Source: Lama glama
Taxonomy: Eukaryota
Assembly: GCA_028534125.1 (NCBI GenBank)
Contig: CM052818.1
Location: forward strand, 46,998,001-47,062,000
Direction of reading: 5' to 3'
DNA: 64,000 nucleotides
Shown: piece by piece, positions 38,875 through 50,060 of the stretch
How positions within the stretch are numbered: the first letter of the stretch is position 1
Layout: each line of letters starts with the position of its first letter
Program-made: the position numbers and the translations under genes
The notes under the pieces: generated by a model
The model's database searches: none
Told to the model about the DNA's origin: nothing
Seen by the model: the letters and a program-made list of their open reading frames with translations, nothing else

Positions 38875-39210
38875 AGCCTCCTGCCTCAGGGCTCAGGGCC
38901 GCCATCGCAAAATGCCCCATGGCTTAAACAACGCTCATTTCTCACAGTTCTGAGGCGGGAAGTCCAAGATCAAGGCTCCCACAGATTCGGTGTCTGGGTT
39001 GCTCCCTGTGTGACAGGTGGCCGTCTTCACGCTGTGTCTTCTCCTGGTGGTAAGAAGGAGAGAGCTCTGCGGGGCCTCCCTGTAGGGGCGCTAATCCCAC
39101 TGGTGAGAGCTGTGCCCTCATGACCCCAAACAGCCCAAAAGGCCCCACCTCCTAAGACCGTCATTTGGGGGGCTGGGCTTCAGAGTGGATTTGGGGGGAT
39201 ACAGAGCTCA
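38875..39210 (-). mobile_element. MaLR LTR (MLT1A0-like)
   Basis: GGCTTAAACAAC...TTTCTCACAGTTCTGAGGCGGGAAGTCCAAGATCAAGG...CCCAAAAGGCCCCACCTCCTAA. Confidence 0.88.
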
Positions 39211-39862
39211 CCCTTGGGACCCCTGGTCTGAGTGGGACCAGCTGGATGCAGGGCCAGGATCCCAGCGTCTGAAGACCCGCCTTTCCAAAAAGGGTGGTTT
39301 CATAGAACAGGGTTACTTTAATTAGCTCACCACTCATTCACTGGCGTTTTTAAAGTTGGGAACTTTAGAACTGAGAGACTGAAACCCAGGAGTAAACCCT
39401 GGCTTTCAGGGTTTATTAAATGAAATCAACAGACGAACTGAGTTACGTGGCTTCCGACCCTGACCACGTCCGGGTGACCTTGGGTGATTATCAAGTCAAC
39501 GCTTGTCTTGTCTGCCTGCAAACTGAGTCACGGCAGCCCTTCTCTCTTACACTGTGGTTATGAGGACCAAGACATAACATCTGCTAAAATGCTCAAGAAA
39601 ATCTCCGCTGCCATGCCAGGCTGGGCGGACAGACTTACTGTCCAGCATGTAGGAAGAGTCCCTTCTGGGGGCCTGGAATGCTCAGCTGCCTTTATTTCAT
39701 CTTTTGCATCGTGGACCTTCTGCTTGTGAGTTCTGGTAAATAAGTGCCTCTTGCAGATAAACTGAGCACCAGAGTCAACTCTTATGTAATAATTCGAAGG
39801 AATTTGCTCCGAATAACACAAGACGGCTGTAGTCTTCAGTCTGGGATCTGATGATTTATGGA

Positions 39863-40052
39863 GCAGGGTGGCCAGATAAAATGCAGAAGGTCAGGTCAGC
39901 CTGAATTTCAGACAAACAGTGAGTAATGTTTCAGCAGAAATGTGTCCCATGCAATAGTTGAGACATACTTATGTTAAAAACTATTTGTTCTTATCTGAAA
40001 TTCAAATGTAACTGGCGTCCTGCGCTGTTTTTTAGGAAGCCTGACCACCTTA
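39863..40052. mobile_element. Full-length MER53-like palindromic MITE
   Basis: CAGGGTGGCCAGATAAAAT...TGAATTTCAGACAAAC...TTATCTGAAATTCAAA...CTGACCACCTT. Confidence 0.85.
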
Positions 40053-40399
40053 TACCGGAGATGTAGGACTCCAGCAGACACGCAGGCGTGAAATCCCATT
40101 CCTGAAAAAACTCCTTTTCAGCACTTTTTTGTTTTTAATTTTTTAACATAAAATAGGAAATACCGAAGTAACATCTGCCCGTTAGGTAATTTCTCAGAGG
40201 CCCTCACTCTTCATCTGTGAAATGGGGCGAATGGAAGGTCTGGGCCACGTGGGGCCAGCGGGAAGTAACAGCCCCGGGTAGGAATCTGGTCCTTCTTGCT
40301 CCGTGCTGCATCTTCAGTGCCGGGAAGTGGGCTTGATGCCCAGTCGGACCTCAGTCAGTGGTGCTGACTGTAAATGGGGAAAAACAAAGAGAACGTGCA

Positions 40400-40900
40400 G
40401 CAGAGACCGGGGGCATGGGGCCTGGCCCGGAAGGCCGGGTTCTCCTGCCCTGCGCTGACCTTGGTCCCGCTGGCGGAATCGCGGCCCCTCGGAGGTCTGT
40501 TTCCTTTCCCTGGAATGGAGGGCATGGCCACCTAGCTCTAAGGTCCGTTGAGAATGAAATTCTTCTGTTCCTGAGTGAGTCAGCGACCCCCCTCCGGATA
40601 CCGCGTGTGCTCGGTGGCAACGTCCTTGGAGCGGGCTGGCGTTGCAGTGAGCGCGGCAAGCCGGGCCCCAGACTGCGGGGTCACGGCCACCCGCCGGGGC
40701 AGCGGCAGGAGACGGCCCATCCCGGAGTCAGGCGTCCCCGTGCGGCAGTGGATGCACCAGGTCCCAAGGGCCATTTTCGGGGTGTCGGTCCAAGCGGTGT
40801 GCTGGCGGGGTGAGGTCCGGGGGCTCCCCGGCAGCCAAGGGGCTCCGGCCGGTTCTCGTCTCAGCTGCGGGGACTCGGTGCCCTGGTTCCCAGCGGGCCG
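40400..40900. promoter_or_regulatory. CpG island-like segment
   Basis: Visibly GC-rich with many CpGs over ~500 bp; AP-1 motif TGAGTCA at 40576; no associated gene recognised. Confidence 0.5.
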
Positions 40901-43900
40901 TTCCATCTGCCTGCATTTTAGTCTCCTTCGTTGTAAAAGGTTCCCTCTTCAGACCATTTTCAGCTTTCAACCACTATGGTTACACACTGGGCTCTTAGGT
41001 TTCTTTTATCTCTTTCTCTGTGTACCTTTGTTTCTGAAAGACCCAGACGCTGAGGACCCCTCCCCTGCTCTGTGCCTTGGGAGACCAGCGTGAGGGAGCT
41101 GTGTCTGTGCCTCCGTGTGTCGCTGAGCCTTTTACCCAGAAAGAAGGGAAGGCTTGAATTTTTTTTTTTTTGCCTTCTCTTCTTTAACAGATATTTTTAG
41201 CTTTTCTAAAAGCTTCTCACTCTGAGCCTTAAAAAGAAATAAGAACCTCTTCCAAAAATGCAAATGCTCTGGCAAGAGGCAGGAGGGGTGTTTTCAATCT
41301 TCCCTGGAAAAATGTTTTCTCTTCCATTGACGTTCACAGTGTAAAGGGGTGAAGGCTGGGGGTGGAGAAGGGGAGGTGGGAGGGTGTTGTGACAGCCAGA
41401 GTGACCCTGGGGCTGGCAGGAGCCCTTTCCCGGAGCTGCCCCAGGGTATGTGAACTATGGCTGGGTTTCCTCGGTTGTTCAGATTGCTCCTGAACTGGAT
41501 GCAGCTTCTGGGCTGGAAGGCTGGCTGCTCTCTATGCTTGGGATGTTGTGAGACTCGACAGCCCTGAGATATGGGGGATTCTTTCTCCCCAGCCAGCCCC
41601 CAGCCTTCCACGGGCTTTGTAGTCAAGTCAGTAGGAGATGTGCATGCTGCTCAGACAGGGGCAGAGACAGCCCTGCCCCAAAGGACAAGTGACAGTGGGA
41701 ACAAAGTGGAGTTCCAGGTGGCTTAATTCGTGTCCTCAGCTCTAAATTCTTCTTACTTGAACCCCATCATGTTCCACTAGCTATCTGAGGTCTCTTGCCA
41801 CCCCCACCGTACCCCCCATATCTTCCTGTCTCCTCATGGCACCAGGTTCACACCACGAAAGAACACGTGTCAGTGGAGGAAGAATTGATGAGTTGTATCA
41901 CCATCTGCTTCCTGGGAGGAGGACGGGAACAGGGGTGAGGACTGCTTAATGTGAATGCCGTGCTGAGCACCTTGAAGTCTATCATTTCACTCTTTACAAC
42001 AATCTTGCAATTTTATTGACTTCATATTTTTGATTCCCTAGCATCTAGCTTGTAGTAGATTCTCACTATCTGTTCAGTTGTTGTCTGATCTAAGACTTTG
42101 CATTTATGTCTTTCAGAGTTAATTCAAAGTTTGCTTATATTCTGAAATAACAATTTGGCCCTAAATAGTGTCAAGAAGACACACAATTTGATTCCGCTTA
42201 TGTTCATCTCACAGGACATTTGTGAAGGCAAGCCTCTTTAAGGGGACCTTTAAGACACTCCAGATCGCAACGACTTTGCAGGAAGCGATTATATTGCCAT
42301 AATGATCTGAAAATGAAGACAGGCCCTCCACCCCCTGCACACGCAGTCACGCTCCCCAGGACGTGCATGATACGGGGGGAAACCGTCTGAGCGGGGAAAC
42401 TAGGAACATGGCCACTGTTGCACAGGGCAGCTTCTGGAAGCACAGCTCAGCCTGCCTGTAACTGAACCACGGGCCTAACATCCACATCCAGAGAATCATG
42501 TATGAACCAGGAAAAGCACACAAGAACTTAGACCTTTCACTAATTTTCTCAGCGAGTCTGTAGCCCCGCTACTTACAATGAGGAGACTGATGGCTCCAGG
42601 AAAGTGAAGACTCAGATGTTAATTTTGTCTTGACTGCTCGGTGGCCAGGGCCCGAGCACCCACCTCTTCCCTTCTGTCTCCTGCTCTGCCCACTATCATT
42701 GCCTGGCCCTGGCATTGACTTGGATAAATCGTGTGCATTTGATCTTCCTTGTATTACTGACTTATGTACTGTCCTATATTGAAAGGCTCTAAGGAGACAT
42801 TGAATCCAGTCATCTCTGAAGATCCAATAAGATCCAAGCTAACTCTCCCTCAATAATCTGCAGGCATAATGGAGAAGGATGCTCTCATCATGATGGGCGT
42901 TGCATACGTGTTTTGTTTCTGTCATCAATGTCATCATTAAATTGGAAAGGAGCCACGAGAGGGAACACGGGAACATTCAAGCACTGATTCCTTTTTTTAA
43001 AAAAGGATGTTCTTCTATAATATCATCCCAGAGTGTTCTAAATACTGACGTGCTTAGAAAATGAACATTGACTAACAGGAAGGGAACACTGGCTTGACTG
43101 GATGAGAACAAGTAACAGAATTGGAGATGGAGTCAAAAATATGTATTGGACACTGGTTGAGCAGCTGCTGGGGAGCAGGCAGGCTGGCGTGCATCAACTC
43201 ATTAACTGAGGGGACTCATGGACGGAAGGATGTGATGCTGTTACACCCATCACTCAGGTAAGAAAACTGAGGCTCAGAAATTAGTTAAGTGTCAGACTCA
43301 GAATTGGAATCCAGCTCAATCTGACATCAAACTCTGAGTCCCTTCCTCACCAGAAGAGAACTGGTCTGGTGTTCCCACGGGTTCTCACCTTGATTAATGA
43401 GGTGATCACCTTGGCTCGGCACAGGGCCGAGCACTTTGGGGCTCCACAAAGTATAAAGCATTGGCCGTGACCTCAAGGAACACAGCTGTGACCTAGCTGA
43501 AGTGGGCTAGAGTCACATGACACAGTCAGTAATAGTTCACCCAGGACATCATTAAACGCCACATTTTTGGTCCCAGACGGTAGGTTCAGAGAGGTTCATG
43601 GAAAACCTGTCAGGAGATGTGGCCTCCACTTGATGTAATTAGGGTCTGAATCCAGACAGGTGGGTGGTGGAAAGTGGTCCTTCTAAACAGGCAGTAAGAC
43701 CAGCCCAAAGAAAGGAAAGGGTAGGTAAAAATCAGGCTTTTAGGCAACCAAAGGCCCCCAGTTCAGTGTCTGCTGGATGCTGGCTGTTTGGGAGGCATGG
43801 GGGCAGAAATGGGAAAATGTGGTTCTTAAAACGATGCCATGTGTGTCTACAGCACCGTACTCCTTACCTTTAGATGAGAAAAGAAAATCCTTGGCAAGAG

Positions 43901-44259
43901 ATAATCCTTATCTTCCTTTAGTCAGAGGGAAACACCCAGAAACCATAACCTGCCATGCAGGTGAGTCTTCTGATGACTGCTGTCAATGCACCATCACCAC
44001 TACCCTTTCATGGGAAATGAAGCCACGTCACTCTGCCATCTGTGATTGTATTTCACTCAGGAGAAAGTTAGGCAATCAGAGATTTCATTTTCTTTCTATG
44101 ATTATCCAGATTTGTATCACTTTTAACAGCTGTATATTTTTAAAATTGTGTTTCACTATTAGAAGATTATTTTTGAACAAAGGATCCTCTATGTGTATAA
44201 TTGTTTATTTATGAACTATATCATTGTGTTACTACATCATGCTTTTAAAATTGGTGCCA

Positions 44260-44438
44260 CAATAAGTTCACACTGTACAGCACAGAAAACTATATTCAAT
44301 ATCTTGTAGTAACCTATAATGAAAAAGAATATGAAAACGAATATATGTATGTGCATTATGACTGAAACATGATGCTGTACACCAGAAACTGACATAATAT
44401 TGTAAACTGACTATACATCAATAAAAAAGTAAGTAAAA
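44260..44438 (+). mobile_element. Short L1 3' end with A-tail
   Basis: Homologous to the 3' UTR of the 14.7-14.9 kb L1; imperfect TSD TAAAATTGGTGCCA (44246-44259) and TAAAATAGATGCCA (44439-44452). Confidence 0.88.
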
Positions 44439-44594
44439 TAAAATAGATGCCAAAATAGAAGTCAAACTAATGAGATGCATAGACGTCCTAGGAGTTTCTT
44501 CCTGAATCTCATTGAATCTTTGTGTCCATCTTTGGAGAACATAGTCTAGACCCTAGGCCCTAAGAGAACCGTCTTTCAAAGTGGCAAAACTGGT

Positions 44595-45078
44595 GTGTTG
44601 GTGAATTAGAGTTTCCATAATAAAGTACCATAGACTGGGTGGCCTAAATGACAAAAATAGACTCCCTCTCAGTTCTGGAGGCTGGAAGTCAGATCAACGT
44701 GCTGACAGCGTTGGTTCCTTCTGAAGGATGTGCGGGAGAATCCGGCCCAGGCCTCTGCCCAGGCGTCTGTGGTTTGCCTGCAGTCTCTGGTTTCCTTGGC
44801 TCACAGAGGCATCATCCCCAGCTCTGCCTTCCTCTTCACATGGCCTTCTCCCTGTACCTTTTCACCTCGTGTTCCCTCTGTGCACTTCTGTCCCTGTCCA
44901 GATTTCCCCTTTTTATAAAGACAGAGTCATATTGATTGGGGGCTCACCTTAAGGACCTCAGTTTAACTGGAAAACATGTGTAAAGATCCTATTTCTAAAC
45001 AAGGGGTCACATTCGGAGGCACTGGGAGTTAGGACTCCCACATTATCTTTTTGAGGAACATAATTCAAAATCTATAAC
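44595..45078 (-). mobile_element. MaLR LTR (MLT1B/C-like)
   Basis: CCATAATAAAGTACCATAGACTGGGTGGCCTAAA...CAGTTCTGGAGGCTGGAAGTC...GTAAAGATCCTATTTCTAAACAAGG. Confidence 0.88.
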
Positions 45079-46422
45079 TTCTGGTAAACCTACACGTCAT
45101 TTTAGGCAGTTAAGTTGTGTCTGTAAAAGCCGTACGCAAATTGTATATTTTCAATCACGAGCTAGTAAGCCTACAATTCATGGAACTGTTGTCAGGGCCA
45201 TTGTTTACAAACCAGTCTCTGCAAAGCCACTCCGATTTTTTCCCAGTGAGAAGTCATCGTTTCTTCCCCTACCTGTCTATAGGAAGTGTCTTAAACCTTC
45301 CCTCAGCTCACATTTATTCCACTTTGTGTAATGGTTGCCAAGGCAGATTCTCATGTAAAACTGAAAGTTTGTCAGGGAAGAAATGTTTTCATTGACATTT
45401 TTGTCCATTTTCTTTTATGACAGCTTCCTACCCTCCCACCTGCCAGCCCCAAACACCTTTTTCTTTTTAGAATCTTCTTATACATGGTAGATGATCAATG
45501 AACCCGTCTTGAATTGAACTGACCTTTTTGTGAAGTGTGGAATCCTGGCATAAAGTTAACAGTAACTTCCTCGTCAATTATCTTTGTGCAAATCATTGAA
45601 ATTCACCAACTGCCTTCCAGCCCAGCAATTGTGCAAGGGCACGGTCTCTCCCCCTTGTCCGTCATTAATTTTTTCCCACAGTTTTAAAAGGAGAAATGAA
45701 AGCATTTGCTAGTACGTGTTCAGTCTCACAGAACTTTACTTAATTAAGCAGAACTTGGCTAACGTCTAGGGTGGAGACACGTCTTCCCCACAGAAAATTG
45801 CCTTGTTCACTCCCGATGAGTCATGTCCCTAAGTCTTGGCCCGGGAGTGGGTGTTCAAGGCAGTTACGTCCTGGCCTCCAGGGACCAAGAAATGCTCTTT
45901 CTGTAAGTTTCTGGATGATGCAGAAGCACCTGCGTTTCTTTACCAGCTCTGGGGGAAGTTATGTTTTCCCAAATGTCAGGGACTTTTCATTGAAAGCTTC
46001 AGAGCTTCTGCTTACCTGTTGACGTGGCTGCAAGGCAGGGAAGGGATGTGTGACTAGTATCTGTGCTTTTTGTCACTATTCGTATTTATTTTGACTTTAT
46101 TAAGTAACTCTGGTTGCTGCCCTAGAAGAGGCTGTGATTTTCCAGCTCACGGTTGCAGAATGTTTGGCTTGACGTTAGCATTTGGTCACCTCTAGCAGGT
46201 GTTTGTTGCTCCCTGTGTTACCAAATGTCAAACGAGTAAAGATAGGTTTCTTTCAACCTACTTGCTGCTTTTATATCATCCATCATCTGCATTCACCACC
46301 GCATTTTTTTTCGCCCCAACATTGCATTTTCCCTTTGAGGACATCGGTCAATGAGCCTTTCCGATCAATGTCCTTGGGGCATGGGAATTACCTCTGCCTT
46401 TTTGATTCCAAAATAATTTGTT

Positions 46423-46588
46423 GGGGAGCGTATAGCTCAGTGGCAGAGCACAGGCTTAGCAGGCACAAGGTCCTGGGTTCAATCCCCAGAACCTCCATTA
46501 AATAAATAAGAAAATAAATAAACCTAATCACATTTCCTAAACAAACAAACAGAAAAAATCTAAATAAATAAAATATCAAAAATAAAAT
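46423..46588 (+). mobile_element. tRNA-derived SINE (vic-1-like)
   Basis: GGGGAGCGTATAGCTCAGTGG (A box)...GGTTCAATCCC (B box), A-rich tail; near-perfect TSD AAAATAATTTGT (46410-46421) and AAAATAATGTGT (46589-46600). Confidence 0.9.
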
Positions 46589-49500
46589 AAAATAATGTGT
46601 CCCAGAGAGCTGGCCAAGGAAAGTCAGTCTCCATTTCTGACCAACCAAGATTTTCCATGGGCAGCGTGTTGCAGGGTGAGAAAACTGTGGACTTTTACTT
46701 CTTTTTCAGTAAATTGGGCATAAATAGCATTATTTTTCTTCCCAAAAAGTGACTGCTTGGTAAAAAGATAAAGTGGATAGCTTATCCACCTTAAAGTGGA
46801 TAACTGGCTGAAATACTTTTTTAATCTATAAATATACTTTCAGCCAAACAAATAAGGATCTGGCAAAGTACCCATATTTATGGTTCACCTTTTGTGCCAG
46901 ACACGTCACAATTATCTCATTTCATCCTTACAGTGAATTTTTAAAAAATATTTCATGAATAAGAAAATTAAGGCTCAGAGAGGTTAAGTAGCTTGCCTTT
47001 GGTCACACAGCTGTGACTGACCTGCCCCAGATCAGAAGCCAGGACTGACCAAATCTAGAACTCTTTCTCTTTGCTCTATTCTAAAGCCCTGGTACTTGCA
47101 GAAGATTTTGCTCCCCTCTGCTCATTTTAAGAGTCTAGGAGTTTGCTCACCACATTGGACTTTCAAAATGGACCATGTCTTATGTAAATAAAGGTTGCCA
47201 GCCTGCTGCGTGGCACCATGCTCACCTCTGTAAGGTACCGCCACACGATGGAGGAGTTGCTTCACATGCTGACATAATGGAAATTTTCCATTTCTCTTCA
47301 GCAATGACCTTTTATTAGTTTGAGAAAGCAGCTTACATATCAGTGATTCAGGACTGAAAAGCAGAATTATTGGTTTCTGAGAAGGCTCACCACCCACCTG
47401 CGTGATCCCTTCCTCTAAACCCCCTCCCTCAGACTTCAAGACAGCGAGTTGCAGTGGATGAAACATACGGCCCTTGTTAATTGCAAATTAATAGCGCCAG
47501 AAATCTCTGCAGATGGCACCTGAAGTCAACTGCTGACAGCGTCATATTCCGGTTATAGTTTTCTTTCCTGTAGAGAGCAAAGGCAGAGTGGTCTTGGATT
47601 CTTGCTTTGTTCTGTGTTTCTGAAGGATGGAATCATGTTCTTGGCTTGCGACTGTCGGTAGCTTACAAATTCGATGGTTTTTCCTTATATTTACTCATTA
47701 GTTATAAGGAGTTTCAAGCTTTGGTGGTCACAAGACACAGGTGCGTTTCTGGATAAACATTCTCTATATATTAGATGAGACTTGCTTAGCTGGTAAATAC
47801 TGTGCTGTGCTTGCTCATTCTCAGGCATCCATTGTGAACCTCCAGTGTCGTAACAGGTCCATAGGGAGCATGGTTGGCCCTTAGGTTAAATTCATCAGAT
47901 AATTTTTTTCAAGGTTAACATTTCAGTAAATTTTTCAAAGGTTGCGTGCCAATTGCCAAAGTCAATTAAGTAAAAGAAAAGGGCAAAATTTGTGGGGGAG
48001 AATGATCGTTGTAGCAAACTGGATGACCTGGGGCAAAATAAATCATCCTCCTGACTTCCTAGACTGCATGAGACGAACGCTTAAACTCTGACTTTGAATA
48101 AATCATATATCTGAACAGTTACTTGGAAAATAAAGCCTGATCCAGGATTTTGACAGAGCTCTGGGCTTCACATTTTCGGACAAGTGGCAGTACAACTTAA
48201 GATGCTGCGTCAGAGGTCAGGGAGGTGGCTGGACCCTAGACCAGCCTGGGCTTCTTAAATATCCATCCATCTCCTCAATCTCTGTAATTTATTTTTCTAA
48301 TGAAGAAGAGTTGGTGGGGGTAGAGGGTGGGTGGGATCAGACCCGGGTCTGTCCGTCTATAAAACCTTAGACCTGAAGAGACAATTGGAACACCTTGCTA
48401 TGGTAGCCCCGTCCTTTACAGGGAAGCAGGAGTCGCTGCTCGGGACCCTGAAGCTCATGCTCTGTGAACACCTGCCAGCCTAGGAGTGGGCACAGCGCTA
48501 ACCAGGGCCAGCCTGGGAGGGCCTCAGTTCTGGCTCGAAGCAACAAGACCGGCCAAAGCGATGGGTGATGGGCTGGAAACCCAAAGACTGAGGAGGCTTG
48601 GATCCCACTTGGTGGCGCCCCCTGAGCCAGTCCATGCCCACCTCTCAGTATGCTAAAAATGGAACCAGTAATGATCACCCCTGGGCGGCCACTGCCTGTG
48701 CGCTGCTGTGATTAACAGCACTGCCCAAACTCGGAATAGTAGCAGGGACAGAAGTTGAAGATCTGGGCATTCCTCCAGCCGGGTGCTCCCCGAAGTGCCC
48801 TTTCAACATGTCATCTCGGCGAAGGCCCCTCTCCTGCGTGTGTCTCATGGTGCTGTGTGGGTGTATCCTGCCCACCCCTCCACGCTCTGCAAGAGCTGAT
48901 TATAATGGCGGCATCAGCCCTGGGCTCAGGTCCACAGGAGGCATTCGTGGGCGGGAAGCCTTTGGCCGACTCTGCCTTCTGCCATCTAGATAACCACCCA
49001 CTGCACCGTGAATAGACTCAGAGCTCCCTCCCAGAGCAGTGCTGCGCCCAGAGGGAGGGAGGGAAACCCAGGGGGATGGGGTGGTCCACGTGGGGCGGGA
49101 GGGGTTAGCATGGCCACCCGTGCTTGGCAAAGCAATACCAGCTCCGTCTTCTTGTTCGAGTGTCTTGCTCCTGGTCCCATGTCGTTTTTGCAGGACACTG
49201 ATTCGCAAGGCCTCATGAGAGTAACGTGCATGGAAAGAAGGGGACAAAAGCAAGATGAGGCAGAGGGAGAAGTGGACTTGGATGCAGGTCCAGAGAAGGT
49301 TCGACTGAGCCCCTGGAGGGTGGTGGAGCTGGGCTGGCCCTTCAAGGACGTCAGCCACTGGCCGGGCCTGGCGTTGATCAGATGTCGGATACAGGTTGAC
49401 CTGGGAAGGAGGCGTGAACATGGATGCGGTGTGCTTGGCCATCACCACACACACTAACTGTGGTGCTCAGTCTGAGTTCCCTGCTCTGGGGGAAGAATTG

Positions 49501-49699
49501 CCTGCTATGTCCCTTACCAACAAGGGAAGTGCAACTAACATTAGGTGGACATTAACTGTGTGTGAGAACTATGTCAAGGGCTGAGGGCATTCTCTATTAA
49601 GTAGGAAATATGGTCACTGACATCTTGGAATTCACAGATTTCTCTGTGTGTGTGCGTGTGCATGTGTGTGTGTGGGGGGAAGGGGGAAGGTGGAGGACT

Positions 49700-50060
49700 C
49701 TTTCACAGAAAGACTAGACTGAACATAAATGCCAGGAGGAGATATAAATAACCCTATGGGGTTTTCATAAAGAAAGGAAAGATCACACTGAGCTGTGGGT
49801 AATCGGGAAGGATTCCTGAGATGTGTGGTCTTGGGCACCTGGAGCTGGCCACTCAGGGCGGGCAGGATGTAGACGGGAAAGGGGCGGTCACAGACATTCC
49901 ATATAGAAGGAACGGTGCCTGCAAAAGGCACAGCTGTTGGAGAATATGGAACATGCTTGAGAGAGGTGTGGTGTGCTTGCCTGCTGGGGGGAAGGGATGG
50001 CCAGTAGCCTAGTCTGGTGAAATAATAGATAAGAAAGTTAAGAGGGGGCAGTGGTAAGGC
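49700..50060 (-). mobile_element. L2 remnant
   Basis: GGAAGGATTCCTGAGATGTG...CATTCCATATAGAAGGAACGGTGCCTGCAAAAGGCACAG; similar remnants at ~19620, 43500 and 51200. Confidence 0.65.

Noticed and set aside
46423..46496. tRNA gene
   Set aside because: The tRNA-like head runs into an A-rich tail with TSDs, and three diverged relatives occur in the window, so it is a SINE
46782..46803. DnaA-box-like TTATCCAC pair
   Set aside because: Mammalian context; explained by a local inverted duplication
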